63,568 nucleotides of DNA from a virus (lineage: Duplodnaviria; Caudoviricetes), in the IMG/VR virus record IMGVR_UViG_3300021963_006637, positions 1 to 63,568 of that record. One strand, given 5' to 3'. Under the pieces are notes generated by a model, which searched no databases, was not told the DNA's origin, and saw nothing but the letters and a program-made list of their open reading frames with translations. This document shows, one piece after another, positions 17,935 through 27,600 of the stretch. The position numbers and the translations under genes were made by a program. The first letter of the stretch is position 1; each line of letters opens with the position of its first letter.

Positions 17935-19170
17935 TTAAAATTCAGGTAATACTAAATCAACATGCTTTGCAACCTTAACATATCTATCACATATTACTTT
18001 TAGAGATTCCGTCATTTTTGAATGAGAGAATTTAACTCTATTTTCTGCTCCTAATTTAGAAGATTCGGATAAATATTTACTATAATTATTGAAAACATCA
18101 TTTAATTTTAAAGCCGCATCTGAATAATTTACATAAAACCACTGGGATTCTCCTAATAAAAACTGATTAGCAGCCGATGGGTCTACATTTCTCAAATCTC
18201 CTTTTAATAAAACAGAACCATTTTCATTCAGAAAATCTACTTGCCCACTCCAACCACTAGCAATAACAGGTTTTCCCGTCATTGAAAATTCTAACAAAGG
18301 TCTACCAAATCCTTCCCCATGAGTAAATGATAAAGTGGCCTTTACTTTTGGATGATTGTATAATCTCCACATATCATCGGTTGTTAAATCACCATGTAAT
18401 AAGTAAATCGATACATCACTATTAACTTTAGATACTACATCATTTACTTTTCTCAACATCTCTTCTCTATCTCTTACTGAAAATCCAGCGGATGAAGTTT
18501 TTAAAATTAAAGCCGGTTTTTCACCTTTTACTCGACTAAAGGCAGAAAGAAATGTTTGAATCATTCCTCCTATATCTTTTCTATCATGATAAAGATTCCC
18601 TTGTAACCAATGACCTACAAATAGGAAACAAAAATCTTCTTTTATATTATCTAATTTTTCTAATCTATCCAATTCTTTATAATCAGTACCCTCAAATAAA
18701 ACTTCTACCGGCTTTGAAACCCTATGCTCAGCGACAATCTGCTGAGTTTCTTTACTCTTTTCAGTCCATGTAGTTCCCGTTATACCTGATTTTGAATGAT
18801 TAGATGTAGTTATTACTAAATCCATTCTATTACATCCATCTACCCAATCTTTAGGTATAATCGTAGTTTCTATACCAGCGGTTATTCCAATATTAAATTT
18901 CCCAACTTTTTGAAATTCATTAGGAACTGTCATTTGAACATAGACATCTGGTTGCTTAGATATCTGTGTTACAATATTTTCAATTACCCATTTATCAAAT
19001 TCATTCGTAGGGTCTAACTGATCCATTGGAGTAGCTCCCCATTTTGTAGATACAATTTTTATATCATAATAATCTAAATCTCTAAATGATTTTAATAAAT
19101 CTCTTGCGTGATCTCCATAACCGCTTCTCGTAGCAATTGGAGCTTGATATAATAAAAATGGTTTACTCAT
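17935..19170 (-). CDS. Glycosyltransferase family 4 (GT-B)
   Basis: TRSGYG, RKD, GEGFGRPLLEF..TGKPVI. Confidence 0.85.
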   Translation of the reverse strand: MSKPFLLYQAPIATRSGYGDHARDLLKSFRDLDYYDIKIVSTKWGATPMDQLDPTNEFDKWVIENIVTQISKQPDVYVQMTVPNEFQKVGKFNIGITAGIETTIIPKDWVDGCNRMDLVITTSNHSKSGITGTTWTEKSKETQQIVAEHRVSKPVEVLFEGTDYKELDRLEKLDNIKEDFCFLFVGHWLQGNLYHDRKDIGGMIQTFLSAFSRVKGEKPALILKTSSAGFSVRDREEMLRKVNDVVSKVNSDVSIYLLHGDLTTDDMWRLYNHPKVKATLSFTHGEGFGRPLLEFSMTGKPVIASGWSGQVDFLNENGSVLLKGDLRNVDPSAANQFLLGESQWFYVNYSDAALKLNDVFNNYSKYLSESSKLGAENRVKFSHSKMTESLKVICDRYVKVAKHVDLVLPEF

Positions 19171-19172
19171 AA

Positions 19173-19505
19173 TTAATTCTTTACAAAAACTCCTCCAACA
19201 GTTTTACCTGTTCTATCTTTAATTTCATTCCACGCTGCCTCCAAACATTCCGCTGGTTCTAATCCTAATTGTTTAGATAAGATAATAAGTGTTACAAATG
19301 AATCACCTATACCGTCTTTAACTTCTTCATCTTTAGATTTGAGTAATGCTCCGGCAGTTTCACCTACTTCTTCTAATACTTTCAATAATTGCTTATGTGC
19401 ATTTTCTTTCTTTAAGATATTTTTATCAGCTGCCCAACCTACTACATTTTCAATCAATTTGTCAAATGATGCAGTTGTTTCAAATAATTCTAATTGTTTT
19501 CCCAT
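19173..19505 (-). CDS. MazG-like nucleotide pyrophosphohydrolase
   Basis: KVLEEVGE...DGIGD...CLE.AWNEIKDRTG. Confidence 0.85.
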   Translation of the reverse strand: MGKQLELFETTASFDKLIENVVGWAADKNILKKENAHKQLLKVLEEVGETAGALLKSKDEEVKDGIGDSFVTLIILSKQLGLEPAECLEAAWNEIKDRTGKTVGGVFVKN

Positions 19506-19513
19506 TTTGTAAC

Positions 19514-20902
19514 TTATTTTATTTTATATAATTCAAATCTTTCTTTAGGTTTCCAGTTTTCAAATGCCCTTTCCATTCCCTCAACCATAGTATCTGCCAT
19601 TCTTTGCGAATGAAATCCATTTTCTGATAGGAAAAATTCTCTACCTTTTAATCCCATTTCTTTTCTTTTTTCTTTAGGGATATCATACCAATATTTCATA
19701 GCATCCGCTAACTCATATACATCAACTTTATCGTCAATGATATAAGGAGTTGGAACTGAACCATTCATATTTTGAGCTCTAGGCCATAATGGTTTTACCC
19801 ATTCACCATGTTCCACTTTACCTTCCCATTTTCTCCAATCGTGCAATGAACCGATTTCAACATAATCATCCGCAGTTAATAACTTACCATCTTTTTTAAA
19901 CCCACATTGGTCTTGTAATCCACCTGTTACTAAAACAATAGAAGGTAGCCCAGCCATTATCGCCTCACAAGTTGTCAAACCAAATCCTTCGTTTCCAGCG
20001 ATATTAACTGAAATATCACAAAGGTTTACCAATTGGTTTATTTGTTCGGTGGATAGTCGGTTTGTTGAAAATTTAATTTCAGTATCAGGAGCTATTCTGC
20101 TAGCTACCGCAACCAAATCAGTACCGTTTTCATCAACGGGCTGAGTATGCATTAGCAATAATACTTTCTTTTTCTTTTCTTCTGGTAATGAATCAACAAA
20201 CATTTTATATGCCCAAATAACATCAGATGGTTGTTTACGTCTGATATTACGATTTGACCAATATATTACAAATTCATAATCGTTTCCGGCAAATAATTTT
20301 TGCTTTAATTCTTTATTTTCTTCTTCAAGAGGTTTATAAAGTTTAGATACACCATGTGGTACATAACTCACTTGCCAATCTTCCAATGGTTTCCAAGTTT
20401 TTCCATTTTCTAAAGCACCAGTTCTTTTAACGATTCCATAAGTTTGTTTAGAAATACAACCTAACCAATCACAACTTTCATAGTAATCTCTATTGTAATG
20501 AGGGTCTGGCAAATCATCCCAAATATGGTAAAAGAAAATTGGTGTAGTTTGTCTGATTTCATGTTCAATATCATACAACCAAATCCAATATCTCGGGTCG
20601 GTAAAGTGTAAGATAGCATCGATTTTATGCCTATTTAAAAAATCTCTTATTAAATCTGCATTACCATACCCACTATTTGGGTAGAGTATTACACTTGCAT
20701 CTTCTACTCCACTAAATTTTCTAACATCTTCAGATACATCAATTATTTTTCCCACATCAGGATGTTGCACAGCCGCTGCAACCTGTATCCAATTATATTT
20801 GTGAACTGAACCCAATACTATTTCTTTTGACATAGTAGCTATACCACTATGCATTCTTAAATCATCTGATAAAAGGAGAATTGTTTTTTTGTTGTTACTC
20901 AT
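19514..20902 (-). CDS. Glycosyltransferase family 4 (GT-B)
   Basis: SDDLRMHSG, VPHG, NRNIRRKQ, NEGFGLTTCEA..G.P. Confidence 0.85.
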   Translation of the reverse strand: MSNNKKTILLLSDDLRMHSGIATMSKEIVLGSVHKYNWIQVAAAVQHPDVGKIIDVSEDVRKFSGVEDASVILYPNSGYGNADLIRDFLNRHKIDAILHFTDPRYWIWLYDIEHEIRQTTPIFFYHIWDDLPDPHYNRDYYESCDWLGCISKQTYGIVKRTGALENGKTWKPLEDWQVSYVPHGVSKLYKPLEEENKELKQKLFAGNDYEFVIYWSNRNIRRKQPSDVIWAYKMFVDSLPEEKKKKVLLLMHTQPVDENGTDLVAVASRIAPDTEIKFSTNRLSTEQINQLVNLCDISVNIAGNEGFGLTTCEAIMAGLPSIVLVTGGLQDQCGFKKDGKLLTADDYVEIGSLHDWRKWEGKVEHGEWVKPLWPRAQNMNGSVPTPYIIDDKVDVYELADAMKYWYDIPKEKRKEMGLKGREFFLSENGFHSQRMADTMVEGMERAFENWKPKERFELYKIK

Positions 20903-20905
20903 AAA

Positions 20906-21097
20906 TTAAAACTGTGAACCTGAAATTTGTAATTCTGCGAATGAATCTATTTTGTCTTTAAAATTTGGGTCTTCTACATAAAGAGTCAAAGAACGATTTA
21001 CTAATTTTTGTAAACTCATTTTATCATCTAATGTAACTCTTTTGAATTGCGAATAAAGATTACTTAGAATCTTTACGCTTGTTAATTTAACATCCAT
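20906..21097 (-). CDS. Small putative DNA-binding protein (ribbon-helix-helix-like)
   Basis: Start re-called to MDVKLTSVKI (ATG at 21095-21097), downstream of the ATATTTATA motif at 21117-21125; beta-alpha-alpha pattern. Confidence 0.55.
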   Translation of the reverse strand: MDVKLTSVKILSNLYSQFKRVTLDDKMSLQKLVNRSLTLYVEDPNFKDKIDSFAELQISGSQF

Positions 21098-21152
21098 ATC
21101 TTTTTCAATTTGTATATATAAATATATATATTTATTTTTATGAAAAAGATAA

Positions 21153-21491
21153 TTATTTCCAAAAAATTTGTATCGCAACTATAACAATACAAAGAAAAAT
21201 ACTAATTAAAGTTTTAAGAGTGATTGGCTCTTTTAGATAAAACCAAGTCATAAACGAAAATACTAAGATTGATAATGAGAATCCTATTATTCTATTAGGC
21301 CACGTTAAACCATTGAATAGTTCAATCATTACTTTCGTACTCCATATAACTGAATACCCGAATGGTATTCCAACTAATACCATTAAAAAAGGATTTCTAT
21401 CAATCCATTTTGAAATTAAATGACCTTGCAATTGATAGAAAGAAACAACCTGTGATAGTATTAAAAAAAATATAGCTAATATAACTCTCAT
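21153..21491 (-). CDS. Small integral membrane protein (4 TM, DMT/EamA-like)
   Basis: Four hydrophobic segments; LKEPIT.KT pattern; start re-called at the TAATG overlap. Confidence 0.55.
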   Translation of the reverse strand: MRVILAIFFLILSQVVSFYQLQGHLISKWIDRNPFLMVLVGIPFGYSVIWSTKVMIELFNGLTWPNRIIGFSLSILVFSFMTWFYLKEPITLKTLISIFLCIVIVAIQIFWK

Positions 21492-22351
21492 TATTTCCAA
21501 ATTGAGCAAATCTTTCTTTCCTTAAACTCACACCAATCACATTGCTTCCCTTTATTTGTAGGGTATTCTATTTCCCTATATTTCCCATCTACATCAAACA
21601 CAGTATCTACGAATTCCATAAACCCTTTCCAAGCTTTGTTTATAGATGGTTTACCGCTCGCTGGAATATGTTTTGAAATACGAGGAATTGGATAATCCGC
21701 ATCCTCTTTAATCTTTCTCTTAAGAATATGAAATTCAACATTTACTTTATCTTCATCAATCTTATATTTTTCCGCATAGAATTTCTTATATAAAAGAATT
21801 TGTGCGTTTTTAATAGGGTCTGATTTCTGATATTTACTCCAACCAGCAGTTGACGTTTTAAAGTCAATGATTGTTATTTTTTTAGTTGCAACTTCTCTGA
21901 TAATAATATCGACAAATCCAATAAAATGCACATTCTCTTTAATCTGCATATTCAATGGTAATTCAATTGCAACTAATTCATATCCTTTCTTAGAGAAAAA
22001 TAATACTAACTTACTTTTAAAGTATTGCAATATCTTTCTACCATCTCCAAAGAATTCTTCTAACTCTTCTTTAGTGCAAGGAAATTCATTTTCTCCCAAT
22101 TTCTCCTTTTCCTTATTAAAGTTTTCAACTAATCTATCCTTTAACAGCATATCTAAATCCATTGCCATTGCAGAGGATTTAGTAGCATTATACATTACAT
22201 CTAAAAACTTTTGTAATGTTTCATGCATCGCAGTTCCGAAAATTAAATGAATATTCGCATTTGAAATTGATAACCCATCAATATAAGATAACTTATATTG
22301 TTGAGGGCAAGAATTCCACATTGAATATTGAGAGAAAGATACTCTTGCCAT
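21491..22351 (-). CDS. PD-(D/E)xK nuclease, RecB/Cas4-like with Cys cluster
   Basis: SFSQ...CP, GTAMHE, GFVDII, IIDFKT, Q..LY, CDWCEF...C. Confidence 0.85.
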   Translation of the reverse strand: MARVSFSQYSMWNSCPQQYKLSYIDGLSISNANIHLIFGTAMHETLQKFLDVMYNATKSSAMAMDLDMLLKDRLVENFNKEKEKLGENEFPCTKEELEEFFGDGRKILQYFKSKLVLFFSKKGYELVAIELPLNMQIKENVHFIGFVDIIIREVATKKITIIDFKTSTAGWSKYQKSDPIKNAQILLYKKFYAEKYKIDEDKVNVEFHILKRKIKEDADYPIPRISKHIPASGKPSINKAWKGFMEFVDTVFDVDGKYREIEYPTNKGKQCDWCEFKERKICSIWK

Positions 22352-22815
22352 TATTTCTTTTTGGTTTTTGGTTTAGAAGATTTTTTACCTTTTTCTTTTT
22401 CTACTTCTCCATATTTTGATTTAAGATATTCAAAATATTCACTACCTTCTTTTATATTACTAAGAATAGTGTAGTAATCTATTGCAGTAGATTTTGAGCA
22501 ACTATATTCTATCTGAATTAACTCTACCAACTTTTCATTTGCAATTTCTTCACCCTTACCCTTTATATAACGAAGATAGTATTTTCCTTTTGGAATAACC
22601 CCTATCATAAGAAGGTAGTATAATTTCGGCTCCATTGTTTGTGTCAATGGTTGAAATTGTGCAATTGTTTCAACAAAATCGAAATTCATAGAAAGGAATC
22701 TATGAATCATGTAATTACTCCAAGTTTTCAAATCCTCCTCTGATAATTTATCAAAGTAATTCGGGTCTTGATCTTTTGTTATAGCATTAAGATGGTCAAA
22801 AAGTGTTTTAGCCAT
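22351..22815 (-). CDS. Clamp loader small subunit-like (T4 gp62-like)
   Basis: LFDHLNAI...NYMIHRFLSM...Y..YIK pattern typical of T4-like gp62 homologs; near the gp44-like gene. Confidence 0.6.
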   Translation of the reverse strand: MAKTLFDHLNAITKDQDPNYFDKLSEEDLKTWSNYMIHRFLSMNFDFVETIAQFQPLTQTMEPKLYYLLMIGVIPKGKYYLRYIKGKGEEIANEKLVELIQIEYSCSKSTAIDYYTILSNIKEGSEYFEYLKSKYGEVEKEKGKKSSKPKTKKK

Positions 22816-23387
22816 TATCTAGCAATATATTTGTTATAGAATTCTAATTTAAACTGAGAATACCCAATTCTACAATTAGCCTGCCAATCATCCATCCCAC
22901 CATCATCACTTACCCATTTATAAGAAACGATAGGTATTTTGAATTCTTTACACACTCGAGTAATTGAATATAACTCCATCTCAAATATACTACATTTATT
23001 TAACAATTCCAACTTTTTAGGGGAGAAATTCTTAACCTTTTCCTTAGTTATAAAGGTTTCCGATGTAAAGCAGCTAACTCCTTCATTTTCAATCTCTAAG
23101 TAATCACCATCTACATCAAATGGAGTGATAGAATATGGGACTAACGGCTCCGCATCCATATCTCCATTGTAAACATCTTTAACTTTTAATAACATACCTT
23201 TATCCATTGTGAAACTCCCACAGCTTCCAAAATTACAAACTAAATCGGGTTTATGTTCTAATATAGCCAATGCGGTTTTATATCCTGCGTTTATTTTACC
23301 AACACCGGTATGTATAATTGGATAATCAAATAAATTATCATGCCCATCCGATTCTTCTTTTAATGCACAGACAAATAAAACTTTCAT
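22815..23387 (-). CDS. mtnN: 5'-methylthioadenosine/S-adenosylhomocysteine nucleosidase-like (PNP/UDP family)
   Basis: ALKEE, TGVGKINA, NFGSCG, FEMELY, KWVSD. Confidence 0.8.
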   Translation of the reverse strand: MKVLFVCALKEESDGHDNLFDYPIIHTGVGKINAGYKTALAILEHKPDLVCNFGSCGSFTMDKGMLLKVKDVYNGDMDAEPLVPYSITPFDVDGDYLEIENEGVSCFTSETFITKEKVKNFSPKKLELLNKCSIFEMELYSITRVCKEFKIPIVSYKWVSDDGGMDDWQANCRIGYSQFKLEFYNKYIAR

Positions 23388-23388
23388 A

Positions 23389-23706
23389 TTATAATTCCAA
23401 TGTTAATGATGAGTTGGGTTCAACAGGTGGAGGAGTTGGAACTTCTTCTTTATTTTGAGCTTTTGAAGATTTTCTAATTTCAGCAGGAATTAATTCATCA
23501 ACTGGTTTCCCGCAGTTACCACACATTAATATATCTACTGGTATAACTGCATCTTTCGGAGTTCCCGTAACTAATTTTGAAAACTTTTTAATTACAACTG
23601 CGCTTATAAAATATTCTCCTCCGCAATGTGAGCAAGTAAAATCTTGAGCTTGTGACCAATCTAGTCGTGGTTGAGGAGGTTGTTGGTTTCCTAAAATTTG
23701 TGCCAT
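23389..23706 (-). CDS. Zinc-ribbon protein
   Basis: CSHCG...CGNCG. Confidence 0.65.
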   Translation of the reverse strand: MAQILGNQQPPQPRLDWSQAQDFTCSHCGGEYFISAVVIKKFSKLVTGTPKDAVIPVDILMCGNCGKPVDELIPAEIRKSSKAQNKEEVPTPPPVEPNSSLTLEL

Positions 23707-23716
23707 AGTTTTTAAT

Positions 23717-24628
23717 TTAAATTATTGTTTTATTAATATATCTTTTTAAAATTTCAAATATCTTCTCATGCCCATTTTCATTTGGGTGCGATGGATCAGG
23801 TGTTCCATACGGTCTATCATGCATTAAAAATTCCTTCCAAATAGTTGTATCTTTTCCGTTATAAATTGGCTCAATTAATACATCGGTAACTTTATTTTTT
23901 TCTGCTATCTCATCTATAAAGAAAAAAGTTTCGTTTTTAAATTTTCCATAAAAAGAATTTTTTATATCACTATCTTCACTTAAAAATTTAATCATAGGTT
24001 TCGCAAAGAAGTTTGAATCTAAAACTTGTGTATCTTTGTAATCTAATTTGTATCCCATAATCGGAACTGGTATATCAAAGAATAGGTGTTCTATTTCATT
24101 TTTTACAAACCAATTATGCACTAAATAAATCGCGTAGCTATTTTGTTTAAAAAGCTCTCTTAGATAATCTACCCATTTATTATGGTCAAATTCTTTTTTA
24201 TACTTCCAATATTTGCCATTATAATAATTTTCATACTCTGTCCAATACCCAACCCACTCGTCAATTGGTAAAATATCTTCTTTGATACCATACTCTTCTC
24301 TAAAGCTATCAACTCTGAAACTATTAGAATTTACTTCCTTATAAAATCTATTTCCATACCAAGGGTTTGGAATCATCTGCTTATCGATTTGTCTTTCAAA
24401 ATAGGTTGTCTGAAACAAAACCAAAGCATTTTTATAAAACTCTATTGGCTTATTTAATATAACATTACTACCTACTATGTTACCTGCACCAGGAATTGCT
24501 AAACTTATAAAAGGAACTCCTAACCAATCGGCTATTCGTTGCCCAAAAATTTTATCCTTATCGGCATTTAATCCATATCCAATAGAACATCCCCAAAGTA
24601 TTACTCTATCTATTTTTCCCATATCCAT
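23717..24628 (-). CDS. SGNH/GDSL-hydrolase-like protein
   Basis: LWGCSIGYG, LAIPGAGN, C-terminal SHPNENGH. Confidence 0.65.
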   Translation of the reverse strand: MDMGKIDRVILWGCSIGYGLNADKDKIFGQRIADWLGVPFISLAIPGAGNIVGSNVILNKPIEFYKNALVLFQTTYFERQIDKQMIPNPWYGNRFYKEVNSNSFRVDSFREEYGIKEDILPIDEWVGYWTEYENYYNGKYWKYKKEFDHNKWVDYLRELFKQNSYAIYLVHNWFVKNEIEHLFFDIPVPIMGYKLDYKDTQVLDSNFFAKPMIKFLSEDSDIKNSFYGKFKNETFFFIDEIAEKNKVTDVLIEPIYNGKDTTIWKEFLMHDRPYGTPDPSHPNENGHEKIFEILKRYINKTII

Positions 24629-25839
24629 ATTGGTTCTCCAAATGCTCTGTTTTTACCTTCTTCGGCTTGTTTTTTAGATTCTTCAGTATAATATTCACTC
24701 ACAGCAGTTCCAGCTCCTCCGCTGTTAGGTCTTTTTGTCATTTCCATACCAATACACCCTCTATATTTTAATCCCTTAGAATGAAGAAAATCATTCATAG
24801 AATTCGTTATATCTACATACCCCCCATCTGGTGCAGAAAATACATCTGATATATTAACTGCTAATACTCCTCCCTTCTTAAGAGTTGGTATCATTTTATC
24901 CAACGCTTTATGTAAAAAGTTTGTATTCCAATCATCTATTTGCTTATATCTCAAATAAGATTGTGTATCATGATCTGAATATCTTTCGGTATTAAAGTAA
25001 GGAGGTGATGTAAAAATTGTATCAAAATAATCAGTATATTCTGAATAATCAACATCCTCCGCTGGTTGTGGTATAAATGTTGCCTTCTTTGGTTCTTCAA
25101 AAAATGTTTGATACTTTTTATAGTATTCTTCTTGCAATAAATAATTCGGATGATTGTTTAAATTAGGGTCAATACCAACATAGTGTTTAGCATTATCAGT
25201 TGCATAAAATCCAGCAAATCTATCACCCCACCCCGCTGAAAAATCTAATATAGTTTCCGATTTGAAATAATCATATAACGCTTTAGCAACATTTGGTTTG
25301 AATTGAGAAGCAACATACTTTCTTAAATTCATAGCCATCTTAAGAGTATTGATATTAACATCGGTAAGAACTTTATCCAATGTAAAAAATGCTCTTACAA
25401 TGGTCTTAATTCCTTCGACTGTCTGCCACGTTCTCCAACCGGATGGGCCTCTTACCCAATCAACTTTATATCTATTCTCTACATGAAATTTATTCGATGC
25501 TTTATTACCAACGGTATACTTTTTAAAATACATAAACTTACCATCAAATGTAAGTGGGTATTTACTTTCTCTACCATTACGAGGAAACCATTCACCTTCA
25601 ATTAGGATGTCAGGCCACCAAGTTCCTTTTAGTTTTTGATAATCTTCCAATATCTCTTCATTAGTGTAAACAGGAATTGGTAATGGATATGTATGGCAAA
25701 CTTCTGAAAGAGTTTCAATAATATCTTCTTTATCGAAGGTCTTTATAATATATGCCCATTCTTCCTCATCAATAGAAAGATATGGTTTCATATTATAAAA
25801 CTTACTGAAATATTCTTTTATAGTTTTTTCCATATCCAA
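24610..25839 (-). CDS. Amino-methyltransferase-fold DNA modification enzyme (SPPY type), paralog B
   Basis: Motif I LDFSAGWGDR, YVGIDP, motif IV FTSPPYFN.ERYS; ATG start probably at 25833. Confidence 0.8.
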   Translation of the reverse strand: MDMEKTIKEYFSKFYNMKPYLSIDEEEWAYIIKTFDKEDIIETLSEVCHTYPLPIPVYTNEEILEDYQKLKGTWWPDILIEGEWFPRNGRESKYPLTFDGKFMYFKKYTVGNKASNKFHVENRYKVDWVRGPSGWRTWQTVEGIKTIVRAFFTLDKVLTDVNINTLKMAMNLRKYVASQFKPNVAKALYDYFKSETILDFSAGWGDRFAGFYATDNAKHYVGIDPNLNNHPNYLLQEEYYKKYQTFFEEPKKATFIPQPAEDVDYSEYTDYFDTIFTSPPYFNTERYSDHDTQSYLRYKQIDDWNTNFLHKALDKMIPTLKKGGVLAVNISDVFSAPDGGYVDITNSMNDFLHSKGLKYRGCIGMEMTKRPNSGGAGTAVSEYYTEESKKQAEEGKNRAFGEPIWIWEK

Positions 25840-27047
25840 ATTGGTTCACAAAATCTTTTACCTTCAGCTTCTTTCGCTTTCTCTAATGCCTCTTCGGTAT
25901 ATCTACCCTCATCACCTTCTATGATTGCACCTGCTCCCGCTGAACCTGGTCTCTTTGCCATCTCCATGCCCAAACAACCTTCGTATTCTGCGCCTAATGT
26001 TTTGATATAATCATTCATTGGGTTTGTAATCTCCACATATCCCTTTTCTCTATCATTTGATTTAGCATATACATCGGCAATGTTCACTGCCAAATAACCA
26101 CCTTTGCGTATCGTTGGCCATAGATTGTGAATTACTCTATGTAAGAATTGCTCATTCCATGCATCAATTGATTTATATCTCACCCAACTTTGAGTGTCAT
26201 CATAAGAATATCTTTCAACATTAAAATACGGGGGGGAGGTGAATACAATATCGAAATGATTTTCGAATTGAGTGAAATCAAAATCTTCAGCAGGAGAACA
26301 ATGAAACTCTGCTTTCTTTTCAACCTCAAAAAATGTTCTATGTTTTTCATACCACTCTGCCTGCTGATTATAGATTGGATGATTTTCTTTTCTCGGGTCA
26401 ATGCCCACATAATGTTTTCCATATTCACTCGCATAAAATCCTGCTACTCTATCACCCCATCCAGCTGAAAAATCTAATACATTTTCAACCTTAAGATAAT
26501 CATATAGTGCTTTTGCTACATTTGGTTTGAATTGTGCACAAATGTATTTTCTCAACCCTAAACAAGTTCTCAAAGAGTTTCTATCAATCTCATCAAACTT
26601 AAGTGTATATAATCCACCCATAAGTGAAACCATAAACTCTCTTGTTTCCCAAGTTCTTTTAGGGCCAGGAGAAACCGTCCCGTCTACACTCCATCTATTA
26701 GCTTGTTGAAAGAAATTAGATGCTTCATTGCCCACATTATTTCTACTAAAGTATTGTTGTTTACCTCTAAATGTTAAAGGGTAATTACTTTCTGATGCTT
26801 TACGAGGAAACCATTCTCCTTCTTTTAGAATATCTGCCCACCAAGTTCCTTTTAGTTTTTTATAAGCATCCAATGCTTCTGCTTCAGTTATATCTGCGTA
26901 AGGGATTGGGTATTCCATAAGAATATCAGCCAATGTTTCCTTAACATCTTCTAATGCAAATGTTTGTTTTATATAACTCCATTCTTCTTTTCCAATATGG
27001 AGATAAGGGGTCATCCCTTTAAATTTGTCGAAATAATCTAAATACAT
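25818..27047 (-). CDS. Amino-methyltransferase-fold DNA modification enzyme (SPPY type), paralog A
   Basis: LDFSAGWGDR, YVGIDP, FTSPPYFNVERYS; colinear with paralog B over its full length. Confidence 0.8.
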   Translation of the reverse strand: MYLDYFDKFKGMTPYLHIGKEEWSYIKQTFALEDVKETLADILMEYPIPYADITEAEALDAYKKLKGTWWADILKEGEWFPRKASESNYPLTFRGKQQYFSRNNVGNEASNFFQQANRWSVDGTVSPGPKRTWETREFMVSLMGGLYTLKFDEIDRNSLRTCLGLRKYICAQFKPNVAKALYDYLKVENVLDFSAGWGDRVAGFYASEYGKHYVGIDPRKENHPIYNQQAEWYEKHRTFFEVEKKAEFHCSPAEDFDFTQFENHFDIVFTSPPYFNVERYSYDDTQSWVRYKSIDAWNEQFLHRVIHNLWPTIRKGGYLAVNIADVYAKSNDREKGYVEITNPMNDYIKTLGAEYEGCLGMEMAKRPGSAGAGAIIEGDEGRYTEEALEKAKEAEGKRFCEPIWIWKKL

Positions 27048-27600
27048 TTCTTATAAAATTATATTTTTTATTATCAGTAATTGTTTCAATATTTTTATCA
27101 GCGGGTAATCTTAATTTATAGATGGATCCTGAAATATATCCCTCTTTTTTACCATGCCACATTTGAGAATTCTCATCAACCAATTCAAAGCCATTTCTTT
27201 CATAAAATTTTCTAGCAGTTTCATTGGCAGTTCTTACTGATAAAATTATATTTTCACAATGATTTGTTTTACAATATTCAACAAACTCATTGAATACTTT
27301 TTGAGCTGAACCATTTCTATACTTAGAAGCAATTTGATGAATAATCATATCACCCTTTTTCTTTCTGGCAAAGGTTTTTCTAGCTATTTTAGAATTGCTT
27401 TTACTTTTTTCAAACGTAATTACAACTCCATCCTGTAATACAACTCCTCCATTTGGTTTACTAAAGTATTTTTTTAATTTAAATCCTTGCCCACTTAAAT
27501 GTGGAAATACCTTTGGATATAAATCAATTATCTCCATTGCTTCTTTGATAGCAGATTCCATTTCTTCGCCATCGGTTTTTATATTGAGTATCCTAATCAT
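27019..27600 (-). CDS. GNAT-family acetyltransferase
   Basis: HQIAS..RNGSA (motif A-like), LSVR..NE.ARKFYERNGF (motif B). Confidence 0.8.
   Translation of the reverse strand: MIRILNIKTDGEEMESAIKEAMEIIDLYPKVFPHLSGQGFKLKKYFSKPNGGVVLQDGVVITFEKSKSNSKIARKTFARKKKGDMIIHQIASKYRNGSAQKVFNEFVEYCKTNHCENIILSVRTANETARKFYERNGFELVDENSQMWHGKKEGYISGSIYKLRLPADKNIETITDNKKYNFIRNVFRLFRQI

Noticed and set aside
21491-22351. Cas4-like nuclease as evidence of a CRISPR-Cas system
   Set aside because: Solo RecB/Cas4-like nucleases are common in phage replication regions; no cas1/cas2 or array seen
26180-26434. Same-strand alternative-frame ORF inside methyltransferase paralog A
   Set aside because: Fully nested in a well-supported gene, with no motif and no start context
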